From an uncultured Alphaproteobacteria bacterium (lineage in GTDB: Bacteria > Pseudomonadota > Alphaproteobacteria > Rhizobiales > Xanthobacteraceae): DNA of 64,000 nucleotides. Below are positions 46,956 to 56,881 of this stretch, in pieces. How positions within the stretch are numbered: position 1 is the first letter of the stretch; each line of letters begins with the position of its first letter. Below the pieces are notes generated by a model. That model was not told the origin of the DNA. It saw only the letters and a program-made list of their open reading frames with translations, and ran no database searches. Where the stretch lies: assembly GCA_963836055.1 (NCBI GenBank), contig CAWIID010000005.1, positions 17,042 to 81,041 of the forward strand. Reading direction: 5' to 3'. The translations under genes were made by a program, and so were the position numbers.

Positions 46956-47288
46956 TTAACCCAATGTACTCAGCAAGTCCGGCAGCTTCGAAATGTTCGT
47001 CGCGATGCGCCGCGCCTCGTCTCCGGTGAGTTGGATCGTGACCGATCTGCGGTAACGATCATGGTCGAAATAGAAATAGCCCAGCACCTCCCCGGTAGTG
47101 TCCTTGACGATGAAGCTCTCTTTCAGGTCCTCTGACGGTCCAGGGCGACGAGAAGCGGCGGGCTCCGAAACAGAAAGACCGCCTCGCGGCGGCCTCTCCG
47201 AAATCCGACGAGGTATTTTTGGACTACGCGGCTGCAAGAGCAGCAGAGCTTTTCTTCGTCCCGCGAGAAGCAAAGAACCCGAGACCAA
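46956..47288 (-). CDS. small conserved hypothetical protein (start uncertain, probably well downstream of 47288)
   Basis: The C-terminal 60 aa (FIVKDTTGEVLGYFYFDHDRYRRSVTIQLTGDEARRIATNISKLPDLL) look genuine. The N-terminal part is Arg/Pro-rich and overlaps the neighbouring gene. Confidence 0.4.
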   Translation of the reverse strand: MVSGSLLLAGRRKALLLLQPRSPKIPRRISERPPRGGLSVSEPAASRRPGPSEDLKESFIVKDTTGEVLGYFYFDHDRYRRSVTIQLTGDEARRIATNISKLPDLLSTLG

Positions 47289-47807
47289 CGAAGCCAGCTA
47301 TCAGCATCGTCCACGTCGACGGCAGCGGAGTGCTTGGCGGTGGGTCTGACGCCGACAGCGTGCCGAGATCGCCCGGGTTCCAGAGGGTGCCCCCTGGGTT
47401 ATCAACCGAAAGGTAATAGCTCGTTCCGACCGAATATAGGTTCAGATAATTGCCATTGGCGTCAGTGAATAGTGGTCCATTGTTATCCACGTATGGTCCT
47501 CCAGACGGATAAAAAACATTATTATAGTACCATCCGAGTCCATTTGATGCATAGTAGGTCCCTTGACGGGCGGTGTGCCATTCGCCGTGACAAGCCCAGT
47601 GATGTCCTGTTTTCCAAACAAGGCTGAGATGTCGTAGCCAGTGATTGAAGTAATATCGTAGCCGCCGCCTGGTGCAGCTGCGCCCGTAGTGATCGTTGCG
47701 GAGACGTCGAAGACCGAGCCGGTAAAGTCCAAGGTATAGGTGTTAGCCCTCACGGACGAACTACCAAGGGCGAGCACCAATGTGCCTGCCGCTAACCAGT
47801 TTCTCAT
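47224..47807 (-). pseudogene. PEP-CTERM sorting-domain protein, frame-disrupted near 47570-47590
   Basis: The signal peptide and N-terminal domain are in ORF 47442..47807 (MRNWLAAGTLVLALGSSSVRA...). The continuation GTYYASNGLGWYYNNVFYPSGGPYVDNNGPLF...PLPSTWTMLIAGFVGLGFFASRGTKK (PEP-CTERM motif, TM, basic tail) is in the frame of ORF 47224..47490. Confidence 0.7.
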
Positions 47808-48377
47808 TGTGCACTCCGCGCTGACGCGATCAGCATCATTTTTATAGATTTCAATTAGCTAACGGGAGTTCAACCTCAAGGAATGGTTAACGCGGCGGGA
47901 CGCTTTGCCGCCCCGCCAGCCTCGCCGTGCGTGCCCGGCGCGGCGCCTCGTGGGTGACGTGTATGGTGGAAACTTAGACTAGGCCGCAGCGCGATCGCCA
48001 TGCCTTAAGATGTAGGCGCGTGCAACGACGTTAGTCTCTCGCTGCAACGCGCCAAAGGTCCGACTTGAGGTCGGCCGAATCGGGCCCGCAACAAAACACC
48101 ATCTCCATTCAACCGCCGTGTTGGTCTGCGTTGACTGGCCTGCGGCACCTCCGTGAGGCCGGTCGAAGACCTGCCCATTGGGGCGTGATATCTTCCCCAC
48201 ACGGCAGCGGGCATGGTGCCAGGGGGACGGATCACGCGGCGATCGGCATTGGATGGCGGGATGCACCTCGTACCCGCTCAGCCGAGATGTGATACCTTCT
48301 TTAGCTGGTCTTTCCCCATCGCTCCACAGCAGCGATCGACGGTGCGATGCGAAATCTGAGGATTGAACGGAGGTGCC

Positions 48378-48743
48378 ATGTCTGAAATTTTGGTTTGCAA
48401 GTCGGGCGAAATTCCCGATGGTGGGACGCGTCTGGTGCAGGCAGGTTCGGTAGAGATCGGCGTCATCTTTCACAAAGGTGAATATTATGCCTACCGCAAC
48501 GTCTGCCCTCACCAGGGTGGGCCTGCCTGTGAAGGACTGAAGCTGCCTCAGGTCATCGAAAAGATCGGCGATAAGGGCGTTCATCTCGGGCAGGATTTCG
48601 ACGAAAGCGACATGCATATCGTGTGCCCCTGGCACGGATGGGAGTTTCATCTGAAGGACGGGACTCACGTGATCGAAAAGAAGCATCGGCTGAAAAAATA
48701 CCAAGTCGTCGAACGCGGTGGTGGAATTTATGTCGCAATCTGA
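48378..48743 (+). CDS. Rieske [2Fe-2S] domain protein (small, ferredoxin-like)
   Basis: It has the CPHQGGP...CPWHGWEF ligand motifs and a GGAGG SD before the ATG at 48378. Confidence 0.85.
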   Translation: MSEILVCKSGEIPDGGTRLVQAGSVEIGVIFHKGEYYAYRNVCPHQGGPACEGLKLPQVIEKIGDKGVHLGQDFDESDMHIVCPWHGWEFHLKDGTHVIEKKHRLKKYQVVERGGGIYVAI

Positions 48744-49065
48744 ATCCGGCGAGGGCTTTGCCGGGCTTGCCAGCAACATTGCTGCGGCCTGTGCCGAGGC
48801 AATCGAGGCCGATCGACTTGGTGATATTCCCGATGACTCACTTGGGCAGGTCATCGGCGCAGTGCTCCGGGTGTACGCCGCGAAGGCGCAGATGGGCCAA
48901 GCCGCAAGACCATTTGGACGCAACAGTGGAGTCACCGTTACCGACGTTGCGATCAGTTGCACGGCGCTGCTCGAAGGCGTCGGTCTCGAGGTGTTCGAGT
49001 TGGGAGCTTGGCAGTCGATGTCGGGGATTGGGCGTCTGACGCCTCATTCGGGCGATAGAAAATAG
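48730..49065 (+). CDS. hypothetical protein
   Basis: MSQSESGEGFAGLASNIAAACAEAIEADRLG.... It overlaps the Rieske stop by 14 nt and ends 10 nt before the amidohydrolase gene. No family was recognised. Confidence 0.45.
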   Translation: MSQSESGEGFAGLASNIAAACAEAIEADRLGDIPDDSLGQVIGAVLRVYAAKAQMGQAARPFGRNSGVTVTDVAISCTALLEGVGLEVFELGAWQSMSGIGRLTPHSGDRK

Positions 49066-49074
49066 ACGAGGCTT

Positions 49075-50349
49075 ATGATGCAAAACGAAACGCAGAACTT
49101 CCGCGATCTCGCAAATCAGGAATTCGACACTCGCACGCTATTGCGAAATGCAGTCGATCAGGCGATTGCACGCAAGTACGAGGATTTCCTTATTGTCGAT
49201 ACCGACTCGCACCACTACGAGACCGAGGCTTTCAAGGAGATAGCCGAATACATCGAAGACCCGGTGATGCGCTACGAGGCCAAGTTCCAGGGTCATTCGC
49301 GCGGTGGGATCACTTCGGAAACCGGATCCTACCAGGAGCTCGCAGGCCGCATCACGCGCTATCCGATGCGCAAGACCGAAAAGGTGCCGCCAACTCCGCA
49401 CCGCGACATCACGCTGATGGAGCGCTGGATGGACGCCATCGGTGTAGACATGGCGGTGATGTTTCCCACCCCGATGCTCAACCTGTCAAACTGTCCGCGC
49501 CTTCAAGTCGAAGTCGCCATGGCGCGGGCCTACAACCGCTGGCTCTGCGACAACATCCTGGAGAAGGATCCCCGCATCAAATCGATGCTGTATCTGCCAT
49601 TTCACGATCCGGAGGCGAGTTATGAGATCGTCACGGAATTCGCCGACCGCAAGGGCGTGATCGGCTTCATGGTGACCTCGACGCATTATCGGGCAAATTA
49701 CGACAACGCATACATGAAAACATATGCGGCGCTCGAGGAGCGTAATCTGCCGCTCGGCTTCCACGCTGCATTTACCTGGACGGACCAGAGCCTGCAGTTG
49801 TGCAACCGCTTCATCGGCGTGCACGCTCTTGGATTCAGCTGGTGCAACATGCTGCACATGACCAACTGGATCACGAACGGCATGCCGGAGCGCTTCCCCA
49901 AGCTGAAGACGATCTGGATCGAAAGCGGTCTCGCCTGGATACCCTTCCTGATGCAGCGGCTCGACAATGAATTCATGATGCGCACTTCGGATTGCGGATT
50001 GCTCAAGCGCAGGCCGAGCGAATACATGCGCGAAATGTTCTATACGTCGCAGCCGATGGAAATGGTCGACAATCGCGAGGCGCTGGAACTCACCTTCAAG
50101 ATGATCAAGGCGGACACCCAGTTGCTTTATTCGTCCGATTATCCCCACTGGGATATGGATCTGCCCAGCACCATCTACGATCTGCCGTTCTTGAGTGAAC
50201 AGGGCAAACGCAACATTCTGGGTGAGAATGCACGGCGCCTGTTTAATCTTGAGCCCGTGTATTCACCCGTAAAGCTGGCGCGGCGTGCGGCGGCAAGGAC
50301 AAGTGGCACACCGGACGCCGACCGGAAGCTCGACACTGTCGGTGTCTGA
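49075..50349 (+). CDS. amidohydrolase-2 family protein (ACMSD/LigW-type metal-dependent hydrolase or decarboxylase)
   Basis: 424 aa. It has DTDSHHYE at the N-terminus and LLYSSDYPHWDMD at the C-terminus. Confidence 0.85.
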   Translation: MMQNETQNFRDLANQEFDTRTLLRNAVDQAIARKYEDFLIVDTDSHHYETEAFKEIAEYIEDPVMRYEAKFQGHSRGGITSETGSYQELAGRITRYPMRKTEKVPPTPHRDITLMERWMDAIGVDMAVMFPTPMLNLSNCPRLQVEVAMARAYNRWLCDNILEKDPRIKSMLYLPFHDPEASYEIVTEFADRKGVIGFMVTSTHYRANYDNAYMKTYAALEERNLPLGFHAAFTWTDQSLQLCNRFIGVHALGFSWCNMLHMTNWITNGMPERFPKLKTIWIESGLAWIPFLMQRLDNEFMMRTSDCGLLKRRPSEYMREMFYTSQPMEMVDNREALELTFKMIKADTQLLYSSDYPHWDMDLPSTIYDLPFLSEQGKRNILGENARRLFNLEPVYSPVKLARRAAARTSGTPDADRKLDTVGV

Positions 50350-50381
50350 GCCCGACCGGATCGCGTCTCGCGGTCATTGCG

Positions 50382-51291
50382 CTATTCGTTGCCTCGGCGC
50401 CAATTGGGCCCGGGTGGCAATCCCCACATGTCACGCTGCTTGTTGGGATCCCATACCTTCGGCTTCTGCGGCCGGTCCTTGTGCCAGAGGCGAGGTTCGA
50501 AATAGCCGCCCTCCTCATCCAGCATTTTGTCGAGGTCGGTGAAGAACTCCACCATCTGGTCGTCCGGATTGCGGTGATAGACCGCCACGTTGTGACCCGG
50601 CCCGTGACGAACTGGTCCCCAGACGATCTCCAGATTTTTACGGCCGAGGAGATCGCATGCGCTGGCGAGGTGAACTCGTATCCTTCACTTCGAAAGCGAT
50701 ATGGTGCATCCGGGCGTTTGGTCCTCTGATGAAATTGACGGTGTGATGGTCGACACCACAGCGGAGAAAGACGAAATAATCTCCGATCCAGTCAGACAGG
50801 CGGAACCCCAGCACCTTTGCATAGAATTCGAAACTCGCCTGAGGGTCCGGCGTCACGTAGGCGAGATGCCCTAGCTTGTTGGGCATCACGCTCCCCACGG
50901 CGGGGGCCTCGCCGTTGAGGAATTCCCAGTCCGAGAACAGTTCGATTGTGGTGCCCTTGGCGTCAATAAACGTGAGCGTTTTCGGTATGCCGGGAACGAC
51001 GTCGGTACGCTCCTCGGCTTTGAGTCCCTCCGCCTCGAGCCGCTTCGACATCTCGGCCATGCTCAGCGCCGGCGACACCTCAAAAGCGATACTGGTGCAG
51101 GCGGCGGGCGAACCCCTCTCCAGAACGACCGCGAGTTGGCCGGTTGGCGTTGCCAGGAATGCCCGGTTTGCTTCGCGTGCAGCGAGCCCGAGACCCACCA
51201 CCTGCTGGTAGTACTCAATCTGTCTGGCAAGGTCGGGGGTCACGAACCTGGCATGCCCGATCCGCTTGGCTTGGATCATTGTTTGCCTCAC
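50382..51291 (-). pseudogene. type I extradiol ring-cleavage dioxygenase (VOC superfamily), frame-disrupted near 50665-50700
   Basis: ORF 50638..51291 has two VOC modules ending in HHIAFEVKD. The expected C-terminus ...ACDLLGRKNLEIVWGPVRHGPGHNVAVYHRNPDDQMVEFF... continues in the frame of ORF 50382..50588. Confidence 0.75.
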
Positions 51292-51534
51292 TGGAAAACG
51301 CGTTAGAATATCTATTCAGACCGATCCTCGTATTATGACATAGTTGTGGCTTGATATCCTTCCTCCTTAATTGCAACGGACTGACCCCAGTGGGCAAAGG
51401 TCAAATGGCAAGCGAAATTGGCCGGCGGCAATTCACAGGGGCGGTTCGCGATGCGCAGCCGCACGGTCGCTCGGGATGCGAGCGGAGTTGCCGATGCTGC
51501 CGGTGATCACCGGCCTCAGCAGCAGGACACCACG

Positions 51535-52827
51535 ATGAGGGAATCGGTTATGGCCGGATGGCGGAGGCCTCATTACGCCTGGATCGTCGCCGCAGTGACA
51601 TTCACGACGCTGCTGGTGGGTGGCGGGATTCGTTCGAGCCCCGGCATTTTGGTGGTGCCGCTCGAGAACGAGTTTCATTGGTCGTTGGGAACGATCTCCT
51701 TCGCGATCAGCGTTAATTTGTTGCTCTACGGTCTGATTGGCCCATTCGCGGCCGCCATGATGAACAGCTTTGGGATTCGCCGGACCATGTTGGCGGCGCT
51801 CGCCTCCATGTGTATCGGCGTCGCTGCCACGCCTTTGATGCGGCAGTCGTGGCAGTTCGTCTTGTTGTGGGGTTTCCTTGTCGGCACCGGCGCTGGCTTC
51901 ACGGCCAACGTGCTGGCAGCCACAGTCGCCACGCGGTGGTTCAAGGCGAGGCGTGGCATGGTTGTCGGTCTGCTTGCGTCAGCGACAGCGATGGGCCAAC
52001 TGCTATTCCTTCCGCTGCTGGCCAATATCGTGGCGAGTTTCGGCTGGCGATTGATGGCGCTGACCGTTGCCGTTGCCGCAGCGTGTCTCATTCCGTTCGT
52101 GGCGCTGCTGATGCGCGACCGTCCGGAGGATGTCGGGCTCACGGCCTATGGTGAACTGCCCGGCGAAGGAACTGCGGCGCCGAGCAAGCGCAATCCAGTG
52201 CTCGCGGCACTGTCAGGGCTCGGCGTCGGCTTGCGTTCACGCGATTTCTGGTTGCTGGCGGGGAGCTTTTTCGTGTGCGGGGCCTCGACCAACGGACTGA
52301 TCGGCACCCATCTCATACCGGCCTGCATCGACCACGACATTCCGGCGACCACTGGTGCAGGTCTGCTCGCCTCCATGGCGATTTTCAATCTTATCGGCAC
52401 CACGTGTTCCGGTTGGCTGAGCGATCGCATCGACAACCGGATTCTTCTTGCCATCTATTATGGCCTGCGCGGTGTCTCGCTCGTCTATCTGCCCTTCAGC
52501 TTTGTGTCCTTCTATGGACTGTCATTGTTTGCAATCTTCTATGGCTTGGATTGGCTGGCGACTGTACCGCCGACCGTCCGCCTTGCCGCACAGACCTTTG
52601 GCAAGGAAAATACCGGCATCATGTACGGCTGGCTCGGCGCAGCCCATCAGCTCGGCGGCGCCTCAGCGGCCTTTGTGGCCGGCATTCTTCGGATGGATCT
52701 CGGCACCTATCTGCAGGCATTCATGCTCTCGGGACTGATGTGCCTGGTCGCCGCCGTGATGGTCTTGTTTATCGGCTTCAATCGAAAAGAACCTCAGCAG
52801 GATTCCGCCATCCCCGTTAGTGCATAG
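51535..52827 (+). CDS. MFS transporter
   Basis: Starts at MRESVMAGWRR. It has 12 TM-like segments and the GPFAAAMMNSFGIRRTM motif-A-like loop. Confidence 0.82.
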   Translation: MRESVMAGWRRPHYAWIVAAVTFTTLLVGGGIRSSPGILVVPLENEFHWSLGTISFAISVNLLLYGLIGPFAAAMMNSFGIRRTMLAALASMCIGVAATPLMRQSWQFVLLWGFLVGTGAGFTANVLAATVATRWFKARRGMVVGLLASATAMGQLLFLPLLANIVASFGWRLMALTVAVAAACLIPFVALLMRDRPEDVGLTAYGELPGEGTAAPSKRNPVLAALSGLGVGLRSRDFWLLAGSFFVCGASTNGLIGTHLIPACIDHDIPATTGAGLLASMAIFNLIGTTCSGWLSDRIDNRILLAIYYGLRGVSLVYLPFSFVSFYGLSLFAIFYGLDWLATVPPTVRLAAQTFGKENTGIMYGWLGAAHQLGGASAAFVAGILRMDLGTYLQAFMLSGLMCLVAAVMVLFIGFNRKEPQQDSAIPVSA

Positions 52828-52887
52828 GGCGAAACGCTCAACACCGAGGTCAAGCGCAGCGCTGCGCGGAGCGAACCGCCGCGCCGT

Positions 52888-53349
52888 TTAGGCTTTGACC
52901 GCGACGATGCCTTCGATCTCGACGGAGATTTGGTTTGGCAGCATGACGTTGCCGACAGCCGAGCGAGCATGGCGGCCGGCGTCGCCGAACACTTCGACGA
53001 ACAGATCAGAGCAGCCGTTGATGACTTTCGGCGAGTCGTTGAAGTTCGGCACCGCGTTGACCATGCCAAGCAACTTGACGATAAAGTCGACGCGGTCGAG
53101 CGAACCGAGCGCATCGCGCATGGCGGCAAGAAGCCCGAGGCCAACGAGCCGTGCGCGCCGGTAGCCTTCCTCGATGTTGATTTCAGCGCCGAGCTTGCCG
53201 GTCAAACTAAGCCCCTTTTCGTCGCGCGGGCCCTGGCCAGCGAGAAACAGGAGGTTCCCGGCGAGCCGATAGGGCAGATAATTGGCAACCGGTGCCGGAA
53301 GCACCGGCAGCACCAAGCCGAGTTCCTTCAATCGCGCTTCCGCACTCAT
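52888..53349 (-). CDS. RidA/YjgF-family protein
   Basis: LPYRLAGNLLFLAGQGP...ARSAVGNVMLPNQISVEIEGIVAVK. Confidence 0.85.
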   Translation of the reverse strand: MSAEARLKELGLVLPVLPAPVANYLPYRLAGNLLFLAGQGPRDEKGLSLTGKLGAEINIEEGYRRARLVGLGLLAAMRDALGSLDRVDFIVKLLGMVNAVPNFNDSPKVINGCSDLFVEVFGDAGRHARSAVGNVMLPNQISVEIEGIVAVKA

Positions 53350-53523
53350 GGCTTTCCCGTCCCGACGACCGCGTCAGGAGTTTAGTATAATGAATTGTGC
53401 TGACTTTTGGAATGAACTGTCCGCGCCTTACGGTTGTCGACCGGCTCTCTGCCGCGGCCTCTCCCCGCTCTTTCGGATTTGGTAACGCCCCGGCGGTACT
53501 CTCAACAATCGGGTTCGTTTTGA

Positions 53524-53853
53524 GTGCCGGCGGAGGAGTCTGTCATTCCCGAGGACAGGCCCGGGGGATTGCCGTTGTTGAGTTGGCGTACGAAAAAGCC
53601 TGCCGCTTTGCCGCCGGCGCCGGATTGCCCGTGCTGCAGTCAGCGGATGGCCTTCAAACGGACAGTGCCCCAAATCCGCGGCCTGCCTGAAATGCGGATA
53701 TACAATTGCGACAAGTGCAGTCTCGGCCTTACTGAGGAAATCGAGCCCGAAAACATAGCAGACGCCATCCTGCAAAAGGCCGTCCAGCTTCGGACCGCAA
53801 TGGAGCGGATCGAGCACAGCGCTCGCTCCGAGGATGAGCCCTTCCATCGCTGA
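53524..53853 (+). CDS. hypothetical Cys4 zinc-ribbon-like protein
   Basis: CPCCSQRM...(20 aa)...YNCDKCS. The start codon is uncertain (GTG at 53524). Confidence 0.4.
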   Translation: MPAEESVIPEDRPGGLPLLSWRTKKPAALPPAPDCPCCSQRMAFKRTVPQIRGLPEMRIYNCDKCSLGLTEEIEPENIADAILQKAVQLRTAMERIEHSARSEDEPFHR

Positions 53854-54111
53854 GCTGACTGCGAGCGCCGAATTTCGCCACCGTGACCCGAATGGCAGCG
53901 CCGCGCCGCCGGCCGCGGAGGATCTAACTCCGACCCGGCCGCCGTTGTGCAACCCGATCCTTCCAAGAATTATCGCCTTGTTCCAATAGATGTGACACTT
54001 AAAGGCAAAGTTTACCCATCTCCCGTATAGTGGGTCTGGGGCATCAAATCAGGCCATTGTGCAGCGTTCGAGTTTCGGCGCGCCGCCGGTGAACGGACGG
54101 ACCAGAATTGA

Positions 54112-55221
54112 TTGACATCGCAAATGAACTTCAATCATGAATTCATCGGCGAGGTCGAGACCGCTATTGCCAGTGGCTCGGCCGAGCGACGTGCCGACAT
54201 CCTGCGTGGCGTGACGGATCTCTTCATTACCGGCGCACCCACCTTCTCAGATCGAGAGATTGCCCTTTTCGATGAGGTCATAACGCGCCTTGCGGTTCAA
54301 ATTGAGGTCTCCGCCCGCGCACTCCTCGCAGTTCGTCTCGCACCAATTCCCAACGCCCCGCCGCAGACCATCCGAACCTTGGCATTCGATGATGCTGTCG
54401 ATGTCGCCTCCCCGGTGCTGAGCCATTCAGAACGGCTAAATGACGCCGACCTTATCGAAAATGTCCGTCACAAAAGCCAAGGTCATATGCTTGCAATTTC
54501 GCGACGTCCTCATCTGAGTGAAGCTGTCACGGACGCCTTGGTCGAGCGCGGCGATCGCCAGGTTCTCATCAGTACGGTCGGAAATCGTGGCGCTAAGTTT
54601 TCCAACGCCGGCTTTTCGATCCTCGTCCAGCGCGCGGATGATGACGCTGAGCTTACGATCTGCGTTGGAGGGCGATCCGAGATACCGCCATACTTGTTCC
54701 GCCACCTGCTGGCGAGAGCGTCTCACGCCGTTCGCGTGAAACTCGAGGCCATGCATCCGGAAGCGTTGCTCGAGGTCCGCCAGGCGGTAGCCGAAGTCTC
54801 GGCGCGCATCGAATCGGAAACTCTGGCGCCGACCGCGGGGGCTGATGCAACGAAGGCGTCACCCGTCGTCGCAAGCGGCTCGGCGCCGCTTGGTGACGTC
54901 GACTTGCAAAAGCTTGCCAACACCGGGAACCTCCGCGAGATATCGTCCGCTCTTGCCCAGATGTGCGAGCTTCCGATGGCATTCGTCGAACAAGCCGTGA
55001 TGCAGAAGGGGTCGGAAACGCTCTTGGTTCTGGCACGGGCGGCAGCGCTGTCTTGGCCGACGGTCAAAGCGATCTTGATGATGCGGGGAGACAAGCGCTC
55101 GTTGGCGGATAACGAGGTCGCCCAATCTCTGGCAAGTTATGAACGCTTGAAAGCTCAAACGGCTCAAGAAATCTTGCGCTTTTACCGCACGCGTGAAAAG
55201 GGGGCGTTGCAAAGCGCCTGA
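54112..55221 (+). CDS. DUF2336 domain protein
   Basis: It shows the family pattern ...ERRADILRGVTDLFITGAPTFSDREIALFDEVITRLAVQIEVSARALLAVRLAPIPNAPP... The likely start is the ATG at 54124. Confidence 0.75.
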   Translation: MTSQMNFNHEFIGEVETAIASGSAERRADILRGVTDLFITGAPTFSDREIALFDEVITRLAVQIEVSARALLAVRLAPIPNAPPQTIRTLAFDDAVDVASPVLSHSERLNDADLIENVRHKSQGHMLAISRRPHLSEAVTDALVERGDRQVLISTVGNRGAKFSNAGFSILVQRADDDAELTICVGGRSEIPPYLFRHLLARASHAVRVKLEAMHPEALLEVRQAVAEVSARIESETLAPTAGADATKASPVVASGSAPLGDVDLQKLANTGNLREISSALAQMCELPMAFVEQAVMQKGSETLLVLARAAALSWPTVKAILMMRGDKRSLADNEVAQSLASYERLKAQTAQEILRFYRTREKGALQSA

Positions 55222-55455
55222 GATGGCCGTTCGCGCGGGTGCGCGACGTATGCGCTGCCGCCGCCGCGTTTGACCGTTGAGCGCATCTGTGCTCCGGCGC
55301 TCTGCCCTCCCCGCGACGTCCTGTGTGAGCCTCGCGCCGGAGATCAAACGAAACCTTGCTCGCGCCGACTGCCTCACGCGATCTTTGAACCGGCCCGACG
55401 TTTTCGCCGACGTGATGCGTCGTGCCGCCCGCAGTGGAAAAAGGGCGACAAATCC

Positions 55456-55587
55456 TTATTCGGGATCGGCGATCGTAGGATCGTCGGCATCAAAGTCATT
55501 TCTGCGTCGTCCCGGCATGCACGGTAGGAACGTGCTCAGCAACAGGATTACCGAAATGAGAACGAAAAGCGATTGATAGCCTGACAT
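55456..55587 (-). CDS. small single-pass membrane protein (43 aa)
   Basis: MSGYQSLFVLISVILLLSTFLPCMPGRRRNDFDADDPTIADPE, with a GAGGAGAG SD 5 nt upstream. Confidence 0.45.
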   Translation of the reverse strand: MSGYQSLFVLISVILLLSTFLPCMPGRRRNDFDADDPTIADPE

Positions 55588-55889
55588 CGTGCTCTCCTCA
55601 GCCCTTCCCTCGCCACGTAGCTTCGCACCGAAGATTTGAAGCACGGGTTAGGTAGACCGCGCTGTTTCACGCTTAAGTTTCGCCTAAATTGAAAGCGTTT
55701 TTCTGTGAATCGGGACGCAAAAAGGCCCCTTGTTTTCCACATCGGCTTGCTGATGGTCGTGGAGACGATTGCAAAGATTTGTCGGCTGCGGCTGAGTGCC
55801 ACCTTAGCGTGGACCGCTTTTCTCGGATGGGAGATTTTCCGAGCTGTCGCGTTACTTTTTTAGAGCATGATGCGGAAAAGTCGCATCGT

Positions 55890-56306
55890 TCAGTGCGGAT
55901 ACACCTCGACCTCAGGCGGGCAAGCCTCAACGCCGTGATCCGCGAGCTGCGCAGTCTCATTATCGAATAGGATATGCCGACAATGTATTCCGTCACGCAT
56001 CACATAGACAATATCCGCTATATTCACTCCCGCGCCTTCAGCCGCTAACTCCAGCCTGTCCATGGCAATTCGGCCCATCAACCATGCCACGGTCATGACG
56101 CCGAAGAATAACGACCAAACGATAATGACATGGGTCGACTTTTCCCAAGTGTTTGCGGCGTCCCAAGTCTTTGCCACCGTCGGGCGCAAGGGCATGTTCC
56201 CGCGCAACGTCGCACCAACGTGCTCCGCGGCAGCGAAGGCTGCGGCCGGCACGCTTGCTCTCTCCGGGATATCCATGTGGCTAGAAAGCCATGAAAGCGT
56301 TAACAA
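55890..56306 (-). CDS. hypothetical membrane-anchored protein
   Basis: It has one TM segment (HVIIVWSLFFGVMTVAWLMG). No family was recognised. It lies in the lower-GC segment. Confidence 0.35.
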   Translation of the reverse strand: MLTLSWLSSHMDIPERASVPAAAFAAAEHVGATLRGNMPLRPTVAKTWDAANTWEKSTHVIIVWSLFFGVMTVAWLMGRIAMDRLELAAEGAGVNIADIVYVMRDGIHCRHILFDNETAQLADHGVEACPPEVEVYPH

Positions 56307-56770
56307 CCGATAAGAATTCGTCGGCCATGATCGTCGGACAAGCGACGTTTGTTCGGTTATTCGGTCCGCTTTCGCGGCAAGGTTCTCTCTTCGCTTCCCC
56401 TGATCGCCGGCTCGATCCGCAAATCACGCGCCGCCGCGAGCGCTAGGCCCGCAGCACCTCCGGCACCAAGAAAACATAAAAAAGCAACGCTTTATCAATC
56501 ACTTATGTAAAAGAGCGGATTTGTGCTGCCGGTCACATTGGTCGCGACATGCCGGTAGTAAAAACAACGTTGCTGGCGATTGAGACATTGGCGCTGAGGC
56601 GACTGGGCCGTTTTGAATGGCGCAATTCAAGTGGTTGCTGGAGCTGCACGAAGCAATGAAGCAATGAAGGCGATCGGCTCACGGCAGGGGCCGCATTGAT
56701 ACAGTCGCGAGTGGAGAATGGCAGCAAATACAAGCCATCGCGCTTTCGACTCAATAACTCGGAGGCTGAG

Positions 56771-56881
56771 ATGTTTCTATTTCGTACGAGTGCGGGCCGA
56801 ATTTTTGGTCTGGATGGTGGTGACTGGACGACAATTCTTCTGGGCCTCGCAATCGCGGGTCTGCTTCTCATGCTCGTTTGA
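56771..56881 (+). CDS. small membrane protein (36 aa)
   Basis: MFLFRTSAGRIFGLDGGDWTTILLGLAIAGLLLMLV, with a GGAGG SD 5 nt upstream. Confidence 0.45.
   Translation: MFLFRTSAGRIFGLDGGDWTTILLGLAIAGLLLMLV

Noticed and set aside
47979-48962. 327-aa minus-strand ORF
   Set aside because: It overlaps the Rieske gene (CPHQGG/CPWHGW motifs, good SD) on the opposite strand, and I recognised no motif in it.
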